In this document: in pieces, positions 1 through 9,668 of the stretch
Layout: each line of letters starts with the position of its first letter
Position numbering within the stretch: position 1 is the first letter of the stretch
DNA from: an uncultured Candidatus Rokubacteria bacterium
GTDB lineage: Bacteria; Methylomirabilota; Methylomirabilia; Rokubacteriales; CSP1-6
Direction of reading: 5' to 3'
Length of the DNA stretch: 64,000 bases
NCBI GenBank assembly: GCA_963789955.1
Contig: CAWBMV010000013.1
Location: 32,001 to 96,000, forward strand
Made by a program: the position numbers and the translations under genes
Notes under the pieces: generated by a model
The model's input: only the letters and a program-made list of their open reading frames with translations
The model's database searches: none
What the model was told of the DNA's origin: nothing

Positions 1-381
1 ACGCCGGGCGTCTTGATGATTCCGGGTGTCGTGGCGAACACGATGGCTGGTCTCGGCTGGACGAAAACCTCGATCCGCGACTTCCTCTGGGAGCACTCGC
101 GCATTCCCACCGAGCATCTGCGTCGCGCGGGCTGTCCGGCGTGGATCGAGATCGACTCGAGCAAGGTCGTGCGCGAGAGCATCGCGCTCGACCCGTGGCC
201 GATCACCGCCAGCCCCGACAACTTCATCGTCGTGGTCGCGGGCGGCGGGCATCCGACCAACAGCTACTGGCTCCAGGGCTACAGCCCGGGGGTCGTCGGC
301 CGCACGCTCACGCTGCCGCCGTCCTTCGACGAGCTGCTCGCCGACGCGGAGCGCGATCTAGGGCCTGGAGCGACTTCATAG
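1..381 (+). CDS. Conserved hypothetical protein, C-terminal part (gene starts before window)
   Basis: Open frame from window edge to TAG 379-381; protein-like sequence (GWTKTSIRDFLWEH...FIVVVAGGGHP); loosely recalls companions of UGSC-family proteins (unverified). Confidence 0.6.
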   Translation, partial: TPGVLMIPGVVANTMAGLGWTKTSIRDFLWEHSRIPTEHLRRAGCPAWIEIDSSKVVRESIALDPWPITASPDNFIVVVAGGGHPTNSYWLQGYSPGVVGRTLTLPPSFDELLADAERDLGPGATS

Positions 382-397
382 CATCGCGCTCCGGCTC

Positions 398-1213
398 TCA
401 CACGAGCCGCGGGCGGTCGCCTTCCACGATGATCCGCCAGAGGATCCGGCTCTCGCGCCGGTCGTAGTCGCCGTGCGCCCGGTGCATCGTCGCGCGGTCG
501 TCGATCACCAGCACGTCGCCCTTGCGCCAGAGGTGGTGATAGACGATCTCCGGCCGGATCATCCGGTCGAGCAGGTCGGACATGTAGGCGCGGCTCGCCT
601 CCGGCGTCATGCCCTCGATGTGCGTCGCCTTGGTGATGTGAAAGTACACCGCCCTCGATCCGTGGACAGGATGCGTGCGGACCATCGGGTGCTCGATCGG
701 CGTGCCGTACTTGTCCACGTCGTCCTGGCGCGTGTCGGCGCGATCGCGGTCCAGGCTGTTGAACGTCTTCAGCGAATCGAGGCGCCGGCGCTCGCCCTCT
801 GGTAGCGCGACGTAGGCCGCGCGCATGTTCGCCACGCTCGTCCCGCCGCCGGCCGAGGGAATCTCCACGCCGTACAGGATGGTCGCGGCCGGCGGGCGCT
901 CACGGTTGGTGTGGTCCGTGTGCCACCGCTCCGCCGGCTGCTGGCCGTTCCGGTGCCAGATCAGCCCGATCAGCGGAAAGTCGGGCATGTTGTGCTGCGA
1001 GTAGTGCTGCTCCATCGGCGGGCCGAACGACGACGCGGCCGCGAGATACTGGTACGGCGTCAACGTTTGCCCCCTGAACACGAGCGCCAGATGGTCGGCG
1101 AGCGCGCGCGACAAGGCTTCGCGAGTCGGCGCTTCGATCGGGCGGCTGAGATCGATGCCGGAGATCTCGGCGCCGAGCGAGGGATGGAGCGGCGCGATCT
1201 TCATGGGGCCCAT
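398..1213 (-). CDS. TauD/TfdA family Fe(II)/2-oxoglutarate dioxygenase
   Basis: LGAEISGIDL N-terminus, WHTD (HxD), HPMVRTHP, DDRATMHRA; start may be ATG 1204. Confidence 0.92.
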   Translation of the reverse strand: MGPMKIAPLHPSLGAEISGIDLSRPIEAPTREALSRALADHLALVFRGQTLTPYQYLAAASSFGPPMEQHYSQHNMPDFPLIGLIWHRNGQQPAERWHTDHTNRERPPAATILYGVEIPSAGGGTSVANMRAAYVALPEGERRRLDSLKTFNSLDRDRADTRQDDVDKYGTPIEHPMVRTHPVHGSRAVYFHITKATHIEGMTPEASRAYMSDLLDRMIRPEIVYHHLWRKGDVLVIDDRATMHRAHGDYDRRESRILWRIIVEGDRPRLV

Positions 1214-1221
1214 GCTCGGCC

Positions 1222-1785
1222 TCAGCGAGCCAGGCCGGGAGTTCCGGCCGGCACGGCATAGACGTTCATCGTCAGCGAGACGGCCGTGTAGTACCCCATC
1301 AGCACGACCACGTCGGTGATGCTCTCGTGGCCGAGCGCCTTGATCGCGCGGTCGTACAGTCCCTGCGAGACCAGCCGGCCGTTGGCGAGCGTCGTCGCGA
1401 GCTCGTAGACGACCTGCTCCCTCGAGTCGGCGAACGCGGCCGGAAGCCCCGCCATCATCGCTTCAACGGCGGGCACGGGCAGCCCGACCTCCTTGCCGCG
1501 CTTCTCGTGCGCGGCGGCCGGATAGGCCGACTGCCACTTGCTGGTGATCACGATCACCGCGATCTCCCGCTCACGCTCCGTCAAGGACGAGTGGCCCGGC
1601 GTGAAGTGCTCGCCGAGCGGCGCGGCGGCACGGAGCAGCTTCGGATTGTGCACCCACACCTTGTAGGGGCCGGGCAAGCGGCCGCGTGGCCCTTCGACCA
1701 GGAAGCGAAAGCCGTCCTTCTGCTCCGCGGTCATCTGGTCGACGGGAATTTCGGCGTAGCGTCCGAACGTCGGGGTGGCGCTCAT
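1222..1785 (-). CDS. Carboxymuconolactone decarboxylase (CMD/AhpD-like) family protein
   Basis: GPRGRLPGPYKVW, LTEREREIAVI, DVVVLMGYYTAVS typical of the family; intact ORF. Confidence 0.85.
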   Translation of the reverse strand: MSATPTFGRYAEIPVDQMTAEQKDGFRFLVEGPRGRLPGPYKVWVHNPKLLRAAAPLGEHFTPGHSSLTEREREIAVIVITSKWQSAYPAAAHEKRGKEVGLPVPAVEAMMAGLPAAFADSREQVVYELATTLANGRLVSQGLYDRAIKALGHESITDVVVLMGYYTAVSLTMNVYAVPAGTPGLAR

Positions 1786-1803
1786 CGTCTTGTCTCCTGT
1801 CGT

Positions 1804-2394
1804 TCAGCGTCGCGCCAATCGTGCCACGGCCCAGACGAGATCGCTCGGCTCGACCGGCTTCGTCATGTAGAGATCGAACCCGACCGTCAGCGCGCGGTCG
1901 CGATCTTCGGCGCGCGCGTACGCGCTCAGGGCCAGCGCCGGCAAGGTCAGCCGACCTCCGCCGCCCACGATTTGAGCTTGCGGACGACAGCCAGACCGCC
2001 CTCGTCCGGCATCGCGAGATCGCAGATGAGCACGTCGGCGCACGCGCCGAGCCATGCTCATCCCGTCGCTGGCGCTGCCGGCCGTGAAGGTAACCGCGCC
2101 CGACTGGGCCCAGCCGCCGAAGCCCTTCGAGACCGTGGCCGCTTCCTCGTAGAAATGGGGCAGGTCGCCGCGACCATCGAGGTACCGCGACGCGGTCAGC
2201 GCCTCGACGCCGGCCTTGATGTCGTTGACGTCTCGATCGAGCGCCAGCGCCAGCGCGCGTGAGGTGTCGCGCATGCCACGCTCCAGCGATGACCTCTCGA
2301 GTCGTGTCTGGTACACGATCAGCTCGACGGCGAAGAGCACGACGGGAACGACCGTCGCCAAGGTCAACAAGATCAAGTGCGTACGCAGCTTCAC
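1804..2394 (-). pseudogene. Internally deleted hybrid sensor histidine kinase (TM/Cache N-terminus joined to receiver C-terminus)
   Basis: First ~95 aa are a TM plus sensor start (MKLRTHLILLTLATVVPVVLFAV...); after ~2110 come receiver motifs ADVLICDLAMPD (shifted frame) and ALSAYARAEDRDRAL..GFDLYMTKPVEP; no HisKA or HATPase. Confidence 0.75.
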
Positions 2395-2501
2395 AGCAGT
2401 GGATACTGCACCCGTTGGAACGACATGACAACTCGACCCGTTTCAGACGGGTACTACATGCTGTTCGTCCTCGATCAGGCGAACGTGCCGTCGATCGCGG
2501 C

Positions 2502-2750
2502 TCAGCGAGGCTCTTTGGCTTTGAGCTCGGAGTCGTGGGCCTTGATGAAGGCGCGGATATCGTCGGCCAGGTCGAGCAGCTTGGTCCACTGCTCTTTGTA
2601 GAGGGTGACGGGAAACCGGCCGAGGCCGTAGACGGAGACTCCGCCCTTCTCGCTGACCTTCATCGAGACGCCGCGCGTGGCCTGGGCCTTCAGCGCGGCG
2701 TTCTCGGCTTTGAGTCGCTCGACTTCCGCGTGCAGCGTGTCGTCAGCCAT
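2502..2750 (-). CDS. Small conserved hypothetical protein (82 aa)
   Basis: GAGGAG RBS upstream; coiled-coil N-terminus then KVSEKGGVSVYGLGRFPVTLYKEQW. Confidence 0.8.
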   Translation of the reverse strand: MADDTLHAEVERLKAENAALKAQATRGVSMKVSEKGGVSVYGLGRFPVTLYKEQWTKLLDLADDIRAFIKAHDSELKAKEPR

Positions 2751-2796
2751 CGTCGCTCTCCTCGGACCTAGCATCTCACAGGAGTAAGATTCCGAC

Positions 2797-5700
2797 GTGA
2801 GCGTTCCGCGTCTGCCCACCGGTACCGTCACCTTTCTGTTCACCGACATCGAGGGCAGCACGAGGCTCTGGCAGCGGGAGCCCGAGGGGATGAAGGCCGC
2901 CCTCGCCCGCCATCACGAGATCGCTGAAACAGGCGATCGAGTCGAGCGGCGGGTACGTCTTCCAGATCGTGGGCGACGCGTTCTGCGCCGCCTTTCACAC
3001 GGTTTCGGCCGGTGTCGGCGCCGCGCTGGCGGCCCAGCGCGGCGCTCGCGAGCGAGCCGTGGGGCGACCGCGACGCCGATTCGCGTGCGCATGGCGCGTG
3101 CACGCGGGCACGGCCGACGTCCACGCGGGCGAGCACAAGTCGGCGAGTACGTGTCCGGGCTCACGCTCGAGCCACGCGGCGCGCCTGCTGTCGGTCGGGA
3201 TACGGCGGGCAGATCCTCGTGTCGAACTGCCGCGCAGGAGATGCTCCGCGACGACGGCCTGCCGTCCCATGATCGAGCTCCGCGATCTCGGGCGTGCATC
3301 GCCTGCGCGACATCGCGGGCGCCGAGCATATCTTTCAGGTGGTCGCGTCAGAGCCTGCCGGACGTGCCTTCCCGGCGCTCGCGTCCCTGGAGACCGTGCC
3401 TCAATAACCTGCCGCGCCAGCTCACGAGCTTCGTCGGACGCGAGCGCGAGATCGCCGAGGTCGCAGCGCCTGCTGGCGAGACGCGCCTGCTCACCTTGAC
3501 CGGGCCCGGCGGCAGCGGCAAGACGCGCCTCGCGCTGGAGGCCGCCGCCGGACTCCTGGCCGAGCTACCCGGACGGCGTGTGGATGCTCGAGCTCGCGCC
3601 GCTGGCCGATCCCGCGCTCGTACGCCCAGGTGCTCGCCACGACGCTCGGCGTGCGCGAGGAGGCCGGCCGCCCTTGCTCACGATCGTGATCGATCACCTC
3701 CGAGCCGACGCGCCTTGCTGCTGCTCGACAACTGCGAGCACCTGATCGACGCCTGCGCGCCGCTCGCCGACGCGCTGCTGCGCGCCTGCCCGCGCGTGAG
3801 GATCCTGGCCGACCAGCCGCGAGCCGCTCGGCCTCGCCGGCGAGGTGGCCTTCCGCGTGCCGCCGCTCTCGTTGCCCGACCCGCGTCACGATGCCGCCGC
3901 TGGAGCACGTGGCCGACTACGAGGCGATCCGGCTGTTCGTCGACCGCGCGGTCGCGGTCGAGCCCGGACTTCGCGCTGACGGAGCGAACGCGCCGGCCGT
4001 ACGGCCAAGGTCTGCGAGCGGCTGGACGGCATCCCGCTCGCGATCGAGCTGGCGGCGGCGCGGGTGCGGACGCTGTCGGTCGCAGCAGATCGCCGCCCAC
4101 CTCGACGAACGCTTCCGCCTGCTGACGGGCGGCAGCCGCACCGCGCTGCCGCGCCATCAGACGCTGCGCGGCCTGATCGACTGGAGCTACGACCTGCTGG
4201 TCTGACCAGCGAGCGCGTCCTGTTCCGGCGTCTCTCGGTCTTCGCGGGTGGCTGGACGCTCGACGCGGCGGTGGCGGTCTGCGCGTGTCGACGGTGTCGA
4301 GCGTCACGACGCTGTCGACCTGCTCGGGCGTCTGGTGGACAAGTCGCTGGTGCTTGATGGACGAGCCGCGACGGCGAAGCGCGCTATCGACATGCTCGAG
4401 ACGATTCGACAGTACGGGCTGCGAGAAGCTCGCGGATTCGCCGGACGGCGAGACTGTGCGCGCTCGTCATTCGCGAGTTCTGGGTCGGCTTCGCCGAGGC
4501 GGCGGAGCCGCGGCTCGAGGGGTCCGAGCAGGTCGCCTGGCTCGCGCGGCTCGACGACGACCACGACAACATGCGGGCGGCGCTGCGCTGGTCGCTCGAT
4601 CGCGACGAGATCGAGCCGGCGCTGCGCCTCGGCGCCGCGCTCGTCCTGTTCTGGGACACGCGCGGCTACGTCCGCGAGGGGCGCGAGTGGGTCGATGCGC
4701 TCCTGGCCAAGGCGGGCGCGTCGCCGGCCCAGGTCCTCACGACCCACGGCCGGCGCGCTCTGGCGAAGGTCTTCGACGGCGCCGCGCGCATGCGGGCGCG
4801 CTGGAGCGAGTTCGCCGACGACGGTCGATCTCCAGACCCGCGGGCTCCAGGTGTGGCGCGAGCTCGGGGACACGCGCGGCATCGCGGAGGCGCTCAACAA
4901 CCTCGGCGACGTGTCGACGATTGCGCGGTGACCGGGCGCGCAGCAAGGAGTTCGTCGAGGAAAGCCTCGCGCTCTTCCGTGGCCTCGGCGACGAGCGCGG
5001 CATCGCGCACGCGCTGATTCTGAGGGCCGAGCTGGCCGCCGATGACGGCGATCACGCGCGCGCGCGATCGCTCGTTCGAGGAGAGCGTGCCACTGTTCGA
5101 GGTGATCCAGGACCGGCGCGGGCTCTCGCACGCTCTAGTGAGCCTCGGCGGCATCCTCACGAAACAGGGCGACGACCGTCGTGCCGAGAGGCTCTACGGC
5201 AGAAGCCTCGCGCTGGCCGAGGAGCTCGGCGACAAGCACGCCGTCGCGACGGCGCTCCGGAGCCTCGGCGCCGCGGCACCATCACCGCCAGGATCACGCG
5301 CGGGCGCGGAGCTTCTACGAGGACAGCGTCGCGCGCTTCCGTGAGATGAACGACAGCTTCTGCCTCGCCCAGGCGCTCGTCGGCTTCGCCCTGGCCGCGC
5401 ACGAGGCGGGCGACCGCGAGCGGGCGGAGACGCTCGGCGACGACGGCCTGGCTTTGCTGCGCGCGAACGACGCCAGAGGCGAGCTGGCATCGAGCCTCGA
5501 GCGCCTGGGCCGCGCCGTCCTCGGGCATCGCGACGTCGGACGAGCAGCGCACTTCTTCGGCGAGAGCCTTCGCCTGTGGGTCGACGCCCAGGATGCCTCG
5601 GGTGTCGCGACCAGCCTGGCAGGGCTGGCGCGAGTGGCCGAAGCGCGCCAGCGTCCGGCGATTGCGTTGCGCCTGCTCGCCGCAGCCGAGACATGGCGCC

Positions 5701-5879
5701 GATCGCGCGGAGCTCAGCGCTCGGACGCCGACCGGAACGTCTGCGATCGCCTCGCCGCCGCGGCCCGCGCTCAGCTCGATCCGAGCGCGGCCGAAACGGC
5801 GTGGTCGGAGGGCGTGCGAACATCGGTGGACGAGACGATCGCTTGCGCGCAGGAGCTCATCGATTCGTCCTCACCGTGA
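2797..5879 (+). CDS. Class III nucleotide cyclase - NB-ARC/STAND ATPase - TPR protein (multiple frameshifts)
   Basis: LPTGTVTFLFTDIEGST and FQIVGDAF (cyclase); NNLPRQLTSFVGRERE, GPGGSGKTRLA (Walker A), LLLDNCEH (Walker B), PRHQTLRGLIDWSYDLL; helical TPR-like C-terminus; pieces lie in different frames. Confidence 0.85.
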
Positions 5880-5912
5880 GCCCGAGCTCGCCGCGCGTTG
5901 CCCGTTAGGCCA

Positions 5913-7219
5913 TCAACCTCCCGCGCACCGAGGATGCAAGACGTCGATCGCATACCCGACGTTGAGACGCTCCCCGCCCCATCCGGGCGTCGCGGTGTGC
6001 GCGCGAATGACGATGCCCTCCCTATCGTTCTGTGCTCGGAGCACGTCAGCGGGATGGTCAGGGACTCCGGCCGGCAGTGGCACTTCGGGAAGAATTCGAC
6101 CGTCTGGACGGCGGAAGCAGAGCTCGCCGTCCGCCTGTCGATCGACTCGGTAGCCTTCCTCGTGAACCGCTCGATGATGCCGGCGACAGAGCAGAGCGAG
6201 ATTCGAAAGCGTGGTTGGGCCTCCTTGCGCCCAGTGACGGATGTGATGGCCCTGTCCGAATCGCACGTGACAACCGGGAAAGCGACAACCGTGGTCTCGG
6301 TGATGTAACGCACGGCGGAGCGCAGGAGGAATCGTCCTCGATTCGCGCGCCGACCTCGACGACCCGTCCGTCGGCAGCGTGTTGCATCACCACGCGACTC
6401 GCGTCGCACGCCAGACGCTGGGACGTTTCCGCGGAAACGCGCGCGCCGTTTTCGAGGACAGACTGACCCGGCGCATCAGGATCCGCCAGGACCGGCGCGT
6501 CGACATGAACCACCACTTGATAGCGCTCGCCCGGCGCGCCTGGGTCCAGACCACGATGCAGACCCGTCTCCGCGAGCAGGGTCAGCGCATCGGCCTGCTG
6601 CTGAGCTATCGCGGGCGTTTCCGCGGAAACGTCGATCGGCGCATCGAAGGTCTGCTGGCGGCCCTGTTGGTACAAGGCTTCGCGGGCTGCATCCAGGGCC
6701 CGCATGAGGACGGCGCCCGGCCTCGGGTGTCAGCCGCCCGCGGACGACGACCATACCGTCCTCGTCTTGATACACATGTAAAGCGCGGTCCGTGTGACGG
6801 CGCTGCTCCTCGTGAGCCTCAGCCTTGCGATCCACCCGGCGCCAGCCGCGTACGATACGCTCGACATGCTCAGCCGTGCCGGCGCGCCCGACCGCCAGGA
6901 GCCGCTCCTCGGTCTCGGGCGTGGCCACGCGAGTCAGTGCGCGAATCTTGGCGTATGAGAGCTCGCCATGCGCCAGAGCCCGCGCGAGCCGGGGCAAGGT
7001 CTCGAGCGCGTGTGCCACGCGAACGCGCTCGCGGGCCGCGCCGAGATCGAGGCCGACGCGCCAGCTCAGCCAGGCCGCGCACGAGCGGAAGCCGTTGTTC
7101 CAGCCTTTGCGCGCATCGAACTCGCGGATGAGGTCAAGGAGCCGAGCGGTCGCGGCATCGAGGTGGGCCGAGAGCTCGGCGATCTCGTCGCCGAGTCGAT
7201 CGAGCGAGCATTCTTCCAT
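5913..7219 (-). CDS. DUF222 domain / HNH endonuclease protein (13E12-repeat-like); frameshifts near 6715 and 6335
   Basis: N-terminus GFRSCAAWLSWRVGLDLGAARERVRVA; RLACDA; C-terminal RDHGCRFPGC...GHHIRHWAQGGPTTLSNLALLCRRHHRAVH. Confidence 0.88.
6424..6439. repeat. Perfect 16-bp palindrome CGTTTCCGCGGAAACG, copy 1
   Basis: Read directly; identical copy at 6616-6631. Confidence 0.9.
6616..6631. repeat. Perfect 16-bp palindrome CGTTTCCGCGGAAACG, copy 2
   Basis: Read directly; 192 bp from copy 1; both encode VSAET on the minus strand. Confidence 0.9.
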
Positions 7220-7222
7220 GGC

Positions 7223-7246
7223 GAGTCTCCTTCCTAACAGAGACTC
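7223..7246 (-). promoter_or_regulatory. Hairpin overlapping the RBS of the DUF222-HNH gene
   Basis: Minus strand GAGTCTC-tgttaggaag-GAGACTC-gcc-ATG: a 7-bp stem spans the AGGAAGGAG Shine-Dalgarno. Confidence 0.45.
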
Positions 7247-7519
7247 TAGCCCCGAATTTCGCGGGCCCCTGGCAGGCGCCGCAAGCGACGATCACTGCCG
7301 CGTCCAGATTTTTCCGACGACCCACGACGCACGTGCGCTTCGCGCGCTCGCCGGCCGCTGGAGCGAGTTTCAGAGCCTCCGACGACACGCCGAGCACGAT
7401 GCCACACAAAATGCTGTCAACCGAAATTTGCAGCGCCCGTACGATGACCGAAAATGACGACCGACGTCGCGGTGTATCCAAATTCAGACGCCGCGCTCGG
7501 ACGCTGCCCGGACTCCACG

Positions 7520-8326
7520 CTACGCCCCCACGCCCCACGCGATGGCGTTGCGCAGCAGCGCGATGAACGCGTCGCTCTCCCACGACCCCCGAAACGTCAG
7601 CGGCGTGGTGTCGGTCGGGTCGACGACGCGCGAGGCCCGAATCGCGGGATTGTGGCAGTGGCCGAGCGCGAAGTACGTGACGCCGCCCTGGCCCACCGCG
7701 CGCGTGTAGCCGAGCACGCGCGTTTTGCCGTCCGGCTGCAGCGACGTGTCCGAGGGATAGAGCGTCCCGAACGCGGTCGAAACGGCGGACGGGCCGTAGT
7801 CCGCGGTCAGCAAGATGCGTGTCGACTTCGGGTCCTGGAGCTCGATGAAGTACGGCTCGTCCTCGACGACGAACGACGCGCCGAGCCCGCGCGTCAGGCT
7901 CTGGTCGCCCGTGACGTCGACGCGGATCTTGCAGATCGGCGGATGGGTCAGAAAGTAGCTGCCGAGGATCGCGTGGTGCTCGGTCTTCACCGTGCGCCGC
8001 TGCCGCGAGCCCTCGACACGCTCGGCACGGCCGCCGCTGGTGCCGTGAAGGCCGAGCCAGCGGCCGCCGGCTTCGAGCCACTGCTGCAGGGCCCGGCACT
8101 GCGCTGCGTCGGGGTACGGACCCGCCGCATAGGTAATCAGCAGACGGCTCACCGCCAGCCACTTCTCGAGATCCGCGAAGTCGTTGGCGACCGACGCCGG
8201 AATCTCGCGCTCGGCCAAGAGCCCCAGAAGCCGGAGACGGGCGTAGTCGTGATCGTGGCCGGCGGCCGATCCGGGCGGGAATCCGCCGGCGATGAGATGC
8301 GCGCGGCCTGCCTTCGTCTCTGTCAT
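7520..8326 (-). CDS. ThuA-like (class I glutamine amidotransferase-like) domain protein
   Basis: GGRWLGLHGT, FLTHPP, DEPY, GQGGVTYFALGHCH, LLRNAIAWG. Confidence 0.82.
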   Translation of the reverse strand: MTETKAGRAHLIAGGFPPGSAAGHDHDYARLRLLGLLAEREIPASVANDFADLEKWLAVSRLLITYAAGPYPDAAQCRALQQWLEAGGRWLGLHGTSGGRAERVEGSRQRRTVKTEHHAILGSYFLTHPPICKIRVDVTGDQSLTRGLGASFVVEDEPYFIELQDPKSTRILLTADYGPSAVSTAFGTLYPSDTSLQPDGKTRVLGYTRAVGQGGVTYFALGHCHNPAIRASRVVDPTDTTPLTFRGSWESDAFIALLRNAIAWGVGA

Positions 8327-8364
8327 CGGATCACCTCGCGTCGCGCCGGATTAGAATCCGGGCC

Positions 8365-8980
8365 ATGAATACCACAGCCAACACCGACCGTATCGACACC
8401 TCGCGAGCCGCCCTGATCGTCTACGACGCCTGCCGCCGCGCCCTGACCCCGGCCGACCCCGCGCGCCGCGCGGCGATGCGGCCGGTGCTCGACTCGTGGA
8501 TCCTCCTGATCGGCGCCTGTCGAGCCCGGGACATGCCCATCATCTATACCACCCCGGTCAGCCGTGCCGACGGCGCCGACGTCGTGCTGCTGCCGACCGA
8601 TCTGAGCGTCGAGACGGGTGTGCCGTCGCTCACCAACTGCATCGAGGGCACGCCCGACGCCGACTTCCCTGACGAGATCGCGCCGCGACCTCAGGACTAT
8701 GTCTACCTCAAGCGTCGTCCGAGCGCGTTCTACGGCACCGGCGCGGCCGAGCTCCTGCGATTCCTCCACCGGACCGCGCTCGTCATCGGCGGAGGCGCGA
8801 CCAATCGAGGCGTCGAGACCAGCGTGCGCGAGGCCTTCAGCATGGACCTCGACACGGTCGTCGTGCGCGAGTGCTGCTGGGGCGGCGACGCGGCCGCTCA
8901 CGCGTACAGCCTCGACAAGTCGATGAAGATGTACGCCCGCGTTCGCACGCTCCAGCAGGCGCTAGCCATGCTCGGCGTGA
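8365..8980 (+). CDS. Isochorismatase-family hydrolase (3' end uncertain; the ORF track runs to 9102)
   Basis: ALIVYD, KRRPSAFYGT, GGATNRGVETSVREA; domain ends ~8980 where it meets the convergent gene. Confidence 0.85.
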
Positions 8981-9664
8981 GCCGCCGCGCCCCTGCTGGG
9001 CCAGCCACTCCGCCGCCGGCGGCACGTTGGGGTCGCGCGGGCGCAGGTTGTAGTACGCGACCAGGGGAAAGTACGCGTCGGCCAGGCGGCGGAGCTCGGT
9101 GACCGGCGTCGCGTGCAGATCGACGCGCAGGTCGACCAGTGGGTACGTGTCGCGGTCGACGACATAGAGCCCGCTCGACGTCTCGCCGTCGGGCTGGCCG
9201 CCGGCGGCCTTGCCTGCCTCGAGCGAGCGCAGGAGCCGCTCCCACAGCGGGAGATCGGCGCCACGCTTGAACGCGTCGAACATCGAGTCGGCGACCTCGG
9301 CGCCCACGACCGCGTTGGTGGCCACGACCACGTTCCGCTCGACACGGTGTCCCGCCCACGGCTTGTTCCCTGCACCGGTGCGGGCGGCGCCCAGGCCCGT
9401 CACGTCGAGACAGCCGAGCTGGCGCCGCTCGACGAACTGATCGCTCGCGGCGATCTCGTCGAGCGCGCGCGGGGCCGAGTACCCGGCGCGCAGGAGATTC
9501 AGGCCGAGATGGCCGAGGCGCGGATTGCTGCTGGCCTGGCTGACGATCGCGCCGACACCCGGGGCCACGTGGATGCACCGCGAGCCGACCGCCATCTCGC
9601 TGGTCGAGATCGCGATGCCGAACATGCCGGTGCGCTCGCAGCGGCCGATGAGCGAGAAGGTCAT
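8962..9664 (-). CDS. DUF1028 domain protein (Ntn-hydrolase-like); 3' end uncertain
   Basis: MTFSLIGRC..TGMFGIAIS, GVGAIVSQA, DLRVDLHATPVTELRRL. Confidence 0.85.
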
Positions 9665-9668
9665 CGGC

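Noticed and set aside
2436..2452. Small inverted repeat ACCCGT-ttcag-ACGGGT, and a similar GC hairpin at 18244-18268
   Set aside because: Short stems without U-tracts; compatible with chance
4200..4210. In-frame TGA as possible selenocysteine, given yqeC in the window
   Set aside because: It coincides with a frame change in a heavily frameshifted gene and is not at a Cys-equivalent position
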